From assembly GCA_964199315.1 (NCBI GenBank), contig OZ116703.1:16368001-16432000 (forward strand): a stretch of 64,000 bases of DNA, written 5' to 3'. Numbering within the stretch: position 1 is the first letter of the stretch; the number at the start of each line of letters is the position of its first letter. Made by a program: the position numbers and the translations under genes. The notes beneath the pieces are model-generated. The model was not told the origin of the DNA, ran no database searches, and worked only from the letters and a program-made list of their open reading frames with translations. This DNA comes from Orbicella franksi (Eukaryota). Shown here piece by piece: positions 37,096 through 49,836 of this stretch.

Positions 37096-38874
37096 ATGAC
37101 CGAAAGTACACAAGTAGAGCCCGTTTATCCAGCAAACAGCCCCTAATGCTGGGATATAATGCAAACACTTGACAAAATCCGCAGAGAAAATTTATTGTCA
37201 GACGTTACACTAAATGTGGAAGGGCAAACCTTCGCCGCACATCGATGTGTTTTGGCCGCCAGCAGCAAGTTCTTTTACAGTTTATTCACCAACGACATGA
37301 AAGAGAAGTCGGCTTTGATCGTAAGCCTCGAAGGAATTCCAGTTATGGTCATGGATCAACTTTTATCTTACCTTTACACGGGCAAGATTAAAGTAAGCGA
37401 AGCGAACGCCGAAGATCTCATTGCATCCGCGAACTACGTGCTTCTACCCCGACTCAAGAACATTGCTTGCAAATTTATCGAACGACAGATGTCTGCCTCA
37501 AACTGCATCTTCAATTATCTGTTTGCCGAGAAATACGAATGCAAGGAATTGCAAAACTACGCTTGTGAATTAATCAAGCAGAACTTTGCGACAGTTGGCA
37601 AGTCGAAGGAATTTTCGCAACTTTCCTCCGATCACATAAAGGATTTAATTTCTAGCGACGACATCGTGATCCGAGCCGAGGAAGAGCTCTTTGAAATAAT
37701 CGTGGAATGGATCGGGCAAAATCAAGAGGAGAGGGAGCGATATTTCGCGGACTTGTTTGGTCACATTCGACTGAGCACGATATCACAGCATTATTTATAC
37801 ACAAAACTGATGAGCCACGAGCTAGTGCTGGGAGATGGTAAATGTAGACAAATATTGACGGACGAGATGCGCTGGCGAGCCTTGTACGCAGGACAGGAAA
37901 TCTCTCCACAAAGACCAAGAACCTGTCTGCAGACCCATGAAGATGCTATCATCACATGTGGTGGGCTGTCTCCAGATGGACTTGTCCGCAACTTCACCCT
38001 CTGTTATGTACCAGCTGCAAAAACCTGGTACCAGTTAGCCCCTATGCTTACCAGGCGGTGCCGACATGGTTTTGCAGCCTCCAAAAGCTTTGTTTACGCC
38101 GTTGGCGGTAAAGGAGAAGACTCCTTCTATTCTAGTGTGGAATGATACGACCCACGTACCAATACCTGGAACTATGTAGCACCACTGCCCAAGAAAGTCA
38201 AGTTAGTGGGTACAGCTACCTTACAAGGGTATCTCTACATTGCAGGTGGTATTGAATTTACCACTGAGCAGGGACGAAGACGCTGTGACATTGTACAGAG
38301 GTACAACCCTTCAACAAATTCTTGGAGTTTAGTTGCGCCACTCAGCAGTCGCAGGTCCTCAGTTTGCCTTGTGACAGACGCACACTATTTATATTCCATT
38401 GGTGGTCTTGGTGATGATGATTTCCTATCTGCCGTCGAGCGCTATGACCCTAAGTTAAACACCTGGACACAAATGGCCCCCATGAGCGAAAAGCGTGGTT
38501 GTGCTTGTGGAGTGTCCCTTGAAAAGAAGATATATGTCTTTGGTGGTACTGTTGATGCATTTTCTAGACATGCCAGTGTAAGTTGCGAGGTTTATGACAT
38601 AACTCTGAATGAATGGCATTCTATTGCTTCCATGAATGTTCCAAGATTTCATGCCAGTGCAGTGCTTTTGCGAGATCAGATTTATGTGTTTGGCGGAATT
38701 GGAAGTGAGAGTGTCGACCGCCATAATTCTCGAATGGTGGAGTGTTATGATGTGCAAAAGAATCAGTGGGTTGCAGCACATTCAATGCCATATGAGGAGA
38801 CATACTTCAGAGGGTGCCCAGTCAGCATGTTTAAAGACTTACTTCACTCTCTAAACAAAGTTACAATTCCTTAG
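37096..38874 (+). pseudogene. Kelch-like (BTB-BACK-Kelch) paralogue with two nonsense mutations
   Basis: Colinear with 7604-9382, no indels; TAT>TAA at codon 17 (37144-37146) and CGA>TGA at 38143-38145. Confidence 0.92.
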
Positions 38875-40431
38875 CAGAGTCAGTTTTACAACAACATCAT
38901 TATAAATATCAAAGTACATTATAGTAAGGTTAAGCAAGGTATTATTTCGTATGTTTGTCTGTTAAGAGAAAAAAAAAACTAAACATCTGAAATATATCAA
39001 AATTAGAACTTTTCTGAAGAAACGCTTATTCAGATTTTAATTTTCTTTGCTTTGGATCAAGAAGATCACTACCAATTTTATTCAGCTCATTTTAATACTG
39101 CTAATTTCATTTGCTCTGACATCTAGCAACAAAAACTATGAACACAAGATGGTGCCTTCAAAGTCATCAAATACAGCAAGTCAGAAGTGTGACAAATTGA
39201 ATTGTTTTTTATACACACCTTTCAATTCTCCCCGATGGGGAGAGTTTGGCTGCTGAAAATGTAAATTTTAAACTACTTTCACTACTTTCTATAACTGTGA
39301 CAACATCATAACATGTACAAATGTAAATTGAAAAGAAAATTATTCCTCCAAAGAGAGTTATGTCATTTCCTTCCCTAATTTTCGATTTTTCAACAATTTG
39401 TAAGAGCTAGTGTTTATAGTTCTATTTTGAATTCTTTTCTCAGGCTTGTGCGGTCATCCTTGTGCGGTCAGCCTTGTCTGCTGAGAGAAAATGAGGAAAG
39501 CATGTTATTGCTATCTTCAAGTACTGGATCAACATGGCTTGGGTGTAAATCAAAACACAAACTGGTAGATATAACTTTATTGAAAGAAGTGAATCCACTG
39601 AAGCTCAATTTTTTTTTTTTGAATTACATACTGAACTTACAATGTCTACTTATAAATGGACAATACTAAGCAGAAATAATTGTATTAAATAATACTACAA
39701 GAGATGATTTAGGGTTAGAGGTTTTAGTGGTTAAGCCCTGAGCAGATTGGGGTAGGTGACTGTCAATCTGGTGCTCCTGGGTTTTAATACATGCTCATTA
39801 AACTTGATTTGGTCAGAACAGGACAATTTTACTTGCATTTTAGTGGCGCGTTTGGTTGTGTAGTTGACGCGCGGACCGTGTGCGTACTTTCCAAAGTAGA
39901 CAGCGTCTTTAAAACTCTCTAACGCCAGCTACTGTACGAAATGGTCAGCAATAAATTCTATCTGCCAAAAGAAGTCGCGCTTATACCGCAAAATGACGTA
40001 TACAAAGACACGTGACGCTAGCAGCGCTCAACACAAACTTGATCTGTGAAATATTTGCTTCGACAAGCACCAATTCTTTCTACGTACTCGTACACCCGGG
40101 GGCGTAAAATAGTGCATGTGAAAAACAAGGAGCGCGCGCCTTTCCCGGGATGTTATATATAGCTTCTTAGATTGAAAAAGAAAAAAAAAAACAAAACTAT
40201 TTTTCAATTTACAATTGCAATACATAGAACCGGACGTTCGAAAGAAATGAGAAATGGTGCTTAACGCAAGTTTACAAAACTACCAAAATAATGAAATGTT
40301 CGCTAATAAATTCGGGAAAGGCTCGTATAATGCCTACTTTCTTCAGCTGTTAGAGGGTTATCAATACTTTTAATAGAAATAATATTTCTTTGTTTCTAGC
40401 CAATGAATATATGAAAAACATACCCACCTTT

Positions 40432-40614
40432 TCAGCACAACCTCTCGTCATGTTCTTGTGGCTGCTTGTCAGTTTCGTTCAAATCATCCTCTTCTCTGAT
40501 GTCTCTCTGCGCCGCTGTTCCTTCGGTCTCCAACAACTTTAAAACCACCACAGTAATTATCCCGCCGATGGCAGCAAACACAGCACTCCGCAAAATTTGT
40601 TCGTGAGAAAACAT
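40432..40614 (-). CDS. Single-TM microprotein, copy 3 (60 aa, acidic-tail subtype)
   Basis: MFSHEQILRSAVFAAIGGIITVVVLKLLETEGTAAQRDIREEDDLNETDKQPQEHDERLC*; donor AAAG|GTGGGT 4 nt after the stop. Confidence 0.7.
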   Translation of the reverse strand: MFSHEQILRSAVFAAIGGIITVVVLKLLETEGTAAQRDIREEDDLNETDKQPQEHDERLC

Positions 40615-42321
40615 CTCTGCTAGGTTTTGCTTAGCGAGATACTAACTTTCCTAACGGGATGTAGCCGATGAAATAACACTCCAGCACCCACGCCTTACCA
40701 TGTTTTCAATCGTTTATGAACAGAGGTCAAACTTACGGAACTTTAGAGTGAATTCTAATTGGCCGAGACGATGGAAATATTGTTCACCTGACATTAGAAG
40801 GCGAGATCGCTAGGCAACGGTGTTTTCACGCGCTAGTCCAAAGCGTTTCACGCTCCGCGTAGTTTCTCAGCGAGTCTTTATCAAAACAGTGGTTTAGTTT
40901 TGGTTAAATTCTTCGATTTGACAATCTCAACACACCAACTCTTCACAGAAATGAATGATGGTGTTCTTCGCGACTTCTTTCAAGCGAGCGATGAATGCCT
41001 GAATGCCCTTTTCTGTGCGATGAAAAATTTTCTCCACAATGTTATTTATATCCTTGAACAATGTGAATGAAGAGCTGCACGCATGCGTCATGCCAATCCA
41101 AGCGTGAAAGAACAACATAAATGATAAGATCTTGTAAATGCGATCATTTCTGCAACGGCGGCCATGTAACAGTTAGATTACCAAGCCATTTGGGTATCTA
41201 TCTCAGTGTATACCTTTTATAAGAAAATGTCGTGAACACACATTTTACTGTGAACTAGTACTGTTTACTGAACAAAATTAGGCTACAAATTACAGTTTAT
41301 GACAAGTTTGGTGGGCCGTGAACACAACAAAGTCACGGCAATAAAACGCAACAGTTCTTGGACATGAATAACATTTGATCAACACAATGTACGGTTATTT
41401 AACAAGGCAGTATCACTTACAAACACAGTTTGCGGTGCTTATTGTTCGTACTATGCATCAAACAAGTATCCACATGGTTCAAAAAAAAAAAAAAAAAAAA
41501 CACTACGTACTTGGAAACCGACAGCTACATAAGATACATAATTCTCTGATTTATAACTGTCCGCGACAACTACCGGCACACTTCACTGGTCCAAGAAGTT
41601 ATGGTAATTCAGGTCAATCTGACATCTAAAGGTTAAAATATTAAAATGTCGGCTGTAAGTATTCCCTTCCGCTGAATATTCCTACAATCAAAACAGAAAC
41701 ATCAATGAACATGAGATTAATACAAGGAGAAAGGAAGAAAATCCATTAGATTTCTCCAAAATCTTTATATCAACTCAAAAGGAAGTCCATGGTCCCTCAA
41801 AACGGTCGGTCGGATTGCAAGTTTAATGTATAAGTATATCTCGCGAAGCCGAACGTGCATACCACAAGATACCACAAGGAATCGGTATCGACGATCCGAT
41901 TTTCGGCCGCTTGTAGCCTGATCGCGTGACAAAAGCCAGTTATGCAGTCACGCTGGACCGGAAAAGCACGAAGTGGACTCTTCAAGGACAGCGTAACGCA
42001 ATGCCGGGGGCGCAACGTATGCTAATCGCGCGTAGATCGCGCAACTCGGCGATGCCACAAAACTGATTTGCAATTTTTCGTCAAAATACCTGTTACCTAT
42101 CCTCCTCATGCCTCGTAGCATCGGCCTTTTTTATCAAAATAAACCATAAAAATAAATCTAGAAAATTTTACAATAATAAAAAAATCTTAGCGTGGCAGTT
42201 CTTAACAGCGCGCATTCTCTACTTCTCAATATTGACACAAACCTTTTCAGATATATGTCGCCTCAGAGAAATCCAAACTTTTCGTGCTATTTTTGATATT
42301 GAAACAACCACACACACCTTG

Positions 42322-42504
42322 TCAGCAAAACCTCTCGTCATGTTCTTGTGGCTGCTTAGCTTCGTTCAACTCATCTTCTCGTCTGATCTCTCCCTGCGCT
42401 GCTGCTCCTTCGTCGCCTTCTAACAACTTGGAGGCCAGCACTGCAACTATCCCGCCGATGACGACGAGCACAACACTCTGCAAAATTTCTTTGCCAGAAA
42501 ACAT
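42322..42504 (-). CDS. Single-TM microprotein, copy 4 (60 aa, acidic-tail subtype)
   Basis: True ATG at 42504: MFSGKEILQSVVLVVIGGIVAVLASKLLEGDEGAAAQGEIRREDELNEAKQPQEHDERFC*; donor CAAG|GTGTGT 4 nt after the stop. Confidence 0.7.
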   Translation of the reverse strand: MFSGKEILQSVVLVVIGGIVAVLASKLLEGDEGAAAQGEIRREDELNEAKQPQEHDERFC

Positions 42505-42795
42505 ATCTGCTTGATTTTGTTTAGGTATGAAGCCGCCGATTGAACGAACGATTATACGAACTGTAACACCACCGCACATTCAAAGAAAACTGCCGTCATA
42601 GTCGCACCAAACATTTGGCTTACCCCGCACGGTACGTACGTATACCCATCAATTAATACACCAATCAAAATTACTTTCACTTCATAAGTCTCATAACGAT
42701 TGACTGCTTTCAACGCTTCGCTGCATGCGCATGACGGGCTTTTTATCATTTGCCACATGGTTACTTGCATACACACATATGTTTATTTGACCTCG

Positions 42796-42958
42796 TAGCC
42801 TGCGTAGCAAGCGTTTCCGTTGGGTTTGGTAGCAAAGAAAGACCGAGGAACGGGATTTTCGGTGTTTAGTCTGCGCTGTAATATTCGCTGCGCTGTAATA
42901 TTCGCGCTGTAATATTCTTTGCTCCCGAACACCACAGAAACGCTTGCTACGCAGGCTA
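42796..42958. mobile_element. 163-bp MITE with TAG...CTA termini and perfect 9-bp TSD (AcademH-like or MULE-like)
   Basis: TIR TAGCCTGCGTAGCAAGCGTTTC; TTGACCTCG at 42787-42795 and 42959-42967; internal 3x CGCTGTAATATT. Confidence 0.8.
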
Positions 42959-44191
42959 TTGACCTCGTTGTTATAGGACCTTTAAGTCAGTTTATACTAA
43001 TTTACAGAGCCTCCAAGAAACAAGACTTTGTTGCCTCTATTAGCTTTTTTGTTGGCCCTACCATGGAGAATGCTATCTCTCAGTTGCCAAAATAAAAGTG
43101 TAGATTACTTCTGAAGGTTTTCTTCCTACAAAACAAGGAAGTTTCCGCAATCCTTGATCGTAAGCTCCAAAATATTTATAGCCAGAACAGAAAGTACTAA
43201 AATCTCTCAGATGGCAAGTTCCACGTTGACTCATCAACGTAAAACAGTGTGGACATCAGTTCACGCTGCTCCAGAAAATGAAATGTACCTTTTAATGCAA
43301 ACTAGGAGTAATCGTTCGCCTTAGTTGTGTGGCTGCAGTTGGATGGGAAATATTGTTGCTGTGTGCTTCGATGTGCATAAGGTCTTGACTTCTACAGTGT
43401 TAAAAATCATACGTCAAGATCTTTGGGATATGACCTATTTAATTCTTTGACTCGCAGATTCGGTAAATTCATGTTAATTGTGACCACAAATCTGACCATT
43501 TGCCGTCGACGAGCTACATAACTAGGTACGTGTAAGACTTATCTTGTTCGAACAAACCGTGGTCGTTTTTTGTAGGTGAGCTCTACAACTCGGAGCAGTA
43601 GGTTTTGTTTGATTCATGCAGCAACAGTTGTTTGTTGTCAAACGCGACCGTGTTGACAACACAAGATTCGTATACAAATAAATGTTAGCTTTTGGAGACT
43701 TATAAGTAATAAGGACTCTTGAATCCTAACTCTACAGCCGATTTGAGAAAAGATACATTCCTTAACACCAAAACCACAACTTTAGTCGCGAATTCCACGC
43801 GCCGCAAATTTAGTGAGTAATTAAAAATCCCACTTCGGTGAGTTAATTGTTTACTATAATTTTAAAATCCGGAATTTCATTTCATTCTTAGAAGGCCAAA
43901 AAAGAATAAAGTAGATTTTCAAGTATTCATGTCGAAATTTATAGCCTTGTAATAAAATTATAATAGAGATGCAAATTGCACATCGTCGAGTGAGATGTGA
44001 GTAAAAAGGCTTAAAACCACAAAGGAATCCAACACCATTACGCTATATTTCGGGGATTCCCCTAGCTGAGCATTTGCATAATCATGACAGCGTTTGGACG
44101 TCACGCAATCCTCACGTTTCGTGCTTATTCGAACTCTCCACTCCAGGTGATCTGTGACGTCATTGCGGGAGCCTGGGGAAAGAAATTTTAA

Positions 44192-47100
44192 GAGGTGCCC
44201 TCTGTAAATTTCAACTATGGCCATTTGGACCAGAAAAAATCAAATTCCTCAAACTTTCTCAGATGAATGGTCTAGATAAGTGATTCACAAAAATATAACT
44301 TTCAGTTCAATTCGATTCGTATTTTAGCGCTGGGGCCACCATCTTGGTTTTGCCCCTCTGAGAGGGCTTTCAGCGGCCATTTTAGGGCACATTTTTAACA
44401 ATTTGCAATACAAAGAAAACGATATAAATCCGGGTAAAAACCCTTTATTCGGGACAAGCAAATGTTTCTTATTACATTGAGAGGCTGTTTTGGCAATTTG
44501 ATATCACCTGATTTTTTTACAGAATTTTAAATTTCTTCCCTTTCGGACTACTCATGAAGCGCCATAAAAAAGGCGAAGTTTAAAGGAAAATATCGCCAAA
44601 AGTACATCACTTGAGATCTCAAAACTACCCTCCACTTAAAGAGCAATGTCTCACCTGTAAAAACATGCAATAAAATTTTGGGGCAGTTAAAACTGTAAAA
44701 TGTTAGAAGAAGAAGTTTAAGCTGTGCTTTTGTCAACAAAGACCGCCGTCCTAATTAGCATAATAACGTGAAAATAACAATGCACAGAGAAAATAATGAT
44801 ATATTTCACTTACCTCGCGACATGTCGACAACTGGATGTTCCACGATGCTTCATATTATATTTCCAGTATGTTCCAGCCACATTTTCGGTGATTAGTGTA
44901 CGAAATCACTCTCAGACATCGCCACGGTTAAGCAGATTTCAACTCTCCGAAGCCCGCTTCATAACATCTATCAATATTATTTGTCTTTCGTCTCATAAGC
45001 CGCCGTTTACAAGAAGTTTAACAATTTGCTGAGATCCTAACTGACCCAGAAGTCTATTAGCAGCCTTTAAAATCCTCCTCTTAATCGAGGATTCTCATCA
45101 AGAACTCGTTTAAGCTCAGTTCTGTTTTGATCCGTTGTACACCCACCATTATTCCACAGATTGCGTTACATTTGACAAATGCACATTCCAACGGGTAGGG
45201 GTAGGGTGGGTAGGAAGTGAAAATGTAACCGACATTAAAGCCATTTTACGCATTTCTGTGACTAAACTAGTAACTGGCTTTACCAGAATGATTTGAACAT
45301 GAGTTTCTGCTCGCAGGCATTTTCTAGGTTATTTTTGCAGGGTAGATGGGGGGGGGGGGGGAGGGGGGTTCGTGTATTAAAAACAAAAAACGAAATAAAG
45401 AAACCGATAGACAGTATCAGGTCAAAAGATTATGATCTGTGTATCTTGATCAGCTTTACCAGTTCATCAGTGAGGCCCTATTAGGGGTTGTCAGGATACT
45501 GGGTATTTGGGTAAAATATTAATAGGATGCAAGAAATTTAGGGGAAAAATTAATGGGGTAGAGCATGTTTAGATCAGATAAAGCGGGCAGTTGTGTCTTT
45601 CGCTGCCGGAAGTGCCATCATTTTGCAAAAGACAACAGAGTGACGAATAGTGCGCAGGAAGTAATGGTAAGCGACGTTTTATTGAAACTCCTTACATTTT
45701 CTTAGCCGTTTCACTTTTGCATCAGAAAAGAAATGTTCAGAAAATTACTGAAGGGCAGTTAAGGACGGTGCCTTCTTTTTTGTGGGCACACGGTCTGTGG
45801 ATTACGTAAGACATGGTTTAAACGCCAGGCGCGCGCTTGGGTTGGAACTAGTGACGTAATTAACTACCCTACCAAGCGTGGGACTTTAAAAAAATCCTAT
45901 TGTGGCCGAAACAAATTTCGCATTAAAATTACGAGCCTGTACTGAAACCGGGATTACCAGAGAAGTAGCATATCGCTAAGCACTAACTGTGAACGGCTTC
46001 CAACTGAAAAACTAGCTTTTATCGTATCCGTAGAAAAAATTATACCAAAATTCAACTGTAGATGGCAAAATGCGCGCGCAAAACAAGTGCGAGAGACGTC
46101 AATGTTTAACTTACTTACGAAGTAACAGGAAAAAATGTAACGGGCACCGGCAAAGTTCTCGAAAGGATGAAACAACTCCTTTAACTTTTGAAAAAGGGGT
46201 GATTACAGCTACATTTTATGGTATGAATTGGAAGTGGCAAGCCTATTGAACAATGCATTAGTTTTTGGCTGCGAGGAAAAGTTATGTAGACTGTATTTTG
46301 GCTAAGCCAGAGGAGTGCTGTCCAGGGACACTCAAAGCGCTGTTGCGACGATTCTGTTATTAAATACATATCAAAAGTGGTTTTTATGTTACCACTTACC
46401 ACGTAGTTTAAAGATGTTTAGTTTTCTGCATGTAAAAGCAAACCTTAGGAGAATCTGTGAAGAAATATCTTTACCTTTTTTTTTCAGAAAAATGCTACCG
46501 CCAGCAGTAGCTAATTATCTCCGAAAAATTAATGACTACCCCCAGTTTTCTTTGTGGATTCTAATAACCCTGGCTAAGATCTACTTTTTCCACGTTTTCT
46601 TAATCTGGCGGAAACACGTTTGTATTTTGCAGGCACTATTCGTTATGAGCCTGAGGCACCCCACGGCCGCTAATGTCGTTCAGTTCTGTGATGGAGCACA
46701 GCTGCATGTCTGCACAAGACTAGTTTTCAACCCTATGCAGGGCGCTTTAGAATACCCGCATCTATCAAGCGTAGCACTAATGTTGACGCTTAGCTTTTTA
46801 AAGACTTTATAGATGCGTTTAAGGCACACAAGTTGAATGAGTCATAAGCAATTGGATGAGTTAACTGACACTTGTCAAAAATATCTGCAGCTTGATTCTC
46901 AGCGGTTGTTGTGTCTTCTTAGAGGACCTTCTCCTGTCTGTTTCTGAGCTTTGAAGCCATTCTCGAGAGGAAGGATTAAACGTGGCAAGGAGTCAGGAAC
47001 TCATCACAGGTGAACCGCCTAATTCTGGCCTCATCTTTTGAGCGCCTCATCTTTTGTGCTAAAGTAATTGCTTCGACTTTTATGGCCGTCTCCTGACACG

Positions 47101-47509
47101 AGAAAAACTTTACTTCAAGGTAGTTTTTTTTGTTTTCCGTTGAAACGAGTAGCCTTTTTCGTCACTTTCAGGGCCCAGCCTTTAGATTTAATTTCTTCAG
47201 CAGGAACTGGAAGAGTAGAATTTGATAGGACAGGGTGAACACCACGATTGTCGCTATATCATATTTGGCCCTGTGATATAGGGTTTCCCTTTCAGGAACA
47301 AGTCAACATGAAACGTACTGTAAATTGTTCTTCAGTAATTTTCTGAGCATTTCTTTATCTGAGGCAAAAGTGGAACCGCTCAGAAAAAGGAGTTTCAATA
47401 AAACGCCGCTTATCACTACTTCTTGCGCACTACTTGTCAGTCTGTTGCCTTTCGCAGCATTTGATAGCATTTCGGACAGCGAAAGACACAAGTATAATGC
47501 TGAACAAAA

Positions 47510-47544
<35 letters not shown>

Positions 47545-49503
47545 ACAAACAAGTAAGAGGCTTTTCATTGGAGTTCGATCCGTATTCTATTTGTAATAAA
47601 TGAAAATTCTCGTCAAAAACTAATGGCTGTCAATGAGATTAGGATAGTTGTTTACAAATATAGTCTGGAATGTTGTGCCTCAATCTCTTTGCAGATACAA
47701 AGGTTGCCATGTAAGAAATTCGTGTTAAACGGTACAGAATTCGGGACATATTTAATTCTCTGTTTATTTCTCCAGCCCCGTCTTTATCGATCTATTCAGT
47801 GTAACAAGTGTGGGCTTCAAAATTACTAACAAGGAGCTGTGTTACCTAACCTCAAAACCCCTAAAATTTGATACAAAACTTTTATATTCCACCGTGACGT
47901 AAGTACTAAGAGTCCAGAATAAATGCTTCCAGCAGTTGACATACTTTTATTTTATCCTAAATAGCAGACCACTGTTGAGGCCCCATAGTGGGAGGGGAGG
48001 GGTGAGGGGGGGGGGGTGTCGGCGTATCCCTTATCCTATTAATTTTTATCCTAAATATCTTTTATCCTGTTAAATCCAACTCAACGATTTCCTACTCAAT
48101 TAATGTCCTGTTTTATCTGATCTAAACATGCTCTACCCCATTAACATTTCCCCTAAATTTCTTGCATCCTATTAACTTTTTACCCAAATATCCAGTATCT
48201 TGAAAACCCCTAATAGGGCCTCACTGATGAACTGATAGAGCTGATCAAGATACACAGATCATAATCTTTTGACCTGATACTGTCTATCGGTTTCTTTATT
48301 TCGTTTTTTGTTTTTAATACACGAACCCCCCTCCCCCCGCCCCTCCCATCTACCCTGCAAAAATAACCTAGAAAATGCCTGCGAGCAGAAACTCATGTTC
48401 AAATCATTCTGGTAAAGCCAGTTACTAGTTTAGTCACAGAAATGCGTAAAATGGCTTTAATGTCGGTTACATTTTCACTTCCTACCCACCCTACCCCTAC
48501 CCGTTGGAATGTGCATTTGTCAAATGTAACGCAATCTGTGGAATAATGGTGGGTGTACAACGGATCAAAACAGAACTGAGCTTAAACGAGTTCTTGATGA
48601 GAATCCTCGATTAAGAGGAGGATTTTAAAGGCTGCTAATAGACTTCTGGGTCAGTTAGGATCTCAGCAAATTGTTAAACTTCTTGTAAACGGCGGCTTAT
48701 GAGACGAAAGACAAATAATATTGATAGATGTTATGAAGCGGGCTTCGGAGAGTTGAAATCTGCTTAACCGTGGCGATGTCTGAGAGTGATTTCGTACACT
48801 AATCACCGAAAATGTGGCTGGAACATACTGGAAATATAATATGAAGCATCGTGGAACATCCAGTTGTCGACATGTCGCGAGGTAAGTGAAATATATCATT
48901 ATTTTCTCTGTGCATTGTTATTTTCACGTTATTATGCTAATTAGGACGGCGGTCTTTGTTGACAAAAGCACAGCTTAAACTTCTTCTTCTAACATTTTAC
49001 AGTTTTAACTGCCCCAAAATTTTATTGCATGTTTTTACAGGTGAGACATTGCTCTTTAAGTGGAGGGTAGTTTTGAGATCTCAAGTGATGTACTTTTGGC
49101 GATATTTTCCTTTAAACTTCGCCTTTTTTATGGCGCTTCATGAGTAGTCCGAAAGGGAAGAAATTTAAAATTCTGTAAAAAAATCAGGTGATATCAAATT
49201 GCCAAAACAGCCTCTCAATGTAATAAGAAACATTTGCTTGTCCCGAATAAAGGGTTTTTACCCGGATTTATATCGTTTTCTTTGTATTGCAAATTGTTAA
49301 AAATGTGCCCTAAAATGGCCGCTGAAAGCCCTCTCAGAGGGGCAAAACCAAGATGGTGGCCCCAGCGCTAAAATACGAATCGAATTGAACTGAAAGTTAT
49401 ATTTTTGTGAATCACTTATCTAGACCATTCATCTGAGAAAGTTTGAGGAATTTGATTTTTTCTGGTCCAAATGGCCATAGTTGAAATTTACAGAGGGCGA
49501 CTC
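44192..49503. mobile_element. Sola3-like non-autonomous element, 5312 bp, ~1.39-kb TIRs
   Basis: TTAA TSD (44188-44191, 49504-49507); GAG...CTC termini; arms 44192-45582 and 48112-49503 (identical ORF translations on opposite strands confirm near identity). These traits match Sola3. Confidence 0.85.
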
Positions 49504-49836
49504 TTAATCCCGTATCCCATAAACCAACGCACGCACCAATTCAATCTGTTTTCGAATCATGGCGGCTGCTCGGCTACCATGCGGGAAGGTTTGCGACATA
49601 GAAATCGTTTCATGGAAGAGATATATTTATTCTAAATTAGACTGAAAGTGAAAGGTCAAAAGCTTACTTACTAGGATGTCTTCTGTGAGTCAAATCCTCG
49701 TATAATTCTTTCGGATTTCGTCAGCGCTCGATTCTTTCCCGTGGAAGAGTGTTGCATTTACACGTACATTGAATCAGTGAGTACATTTTGACGACGTACT
49801 CAGTTTTATTCTGCGGTGGAAGTGTTGTTAACAGAT

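Noticed and set aside
37159-38145. Functional BTB-BACK-only protein by re-initiation at ATG 37159
   Set aside because: Possible in principle, but two independent nonsense changes with the downstream Kelch frame still open fit recent pseudogenisation better; no sequence evidence of selection.
44548-49147. Identical ORF pairs 44548-44739/48956-49147 and 44796-45032/48663-48899
   Set aside because: By-products of the near-perfect inverted arms; no coding features.
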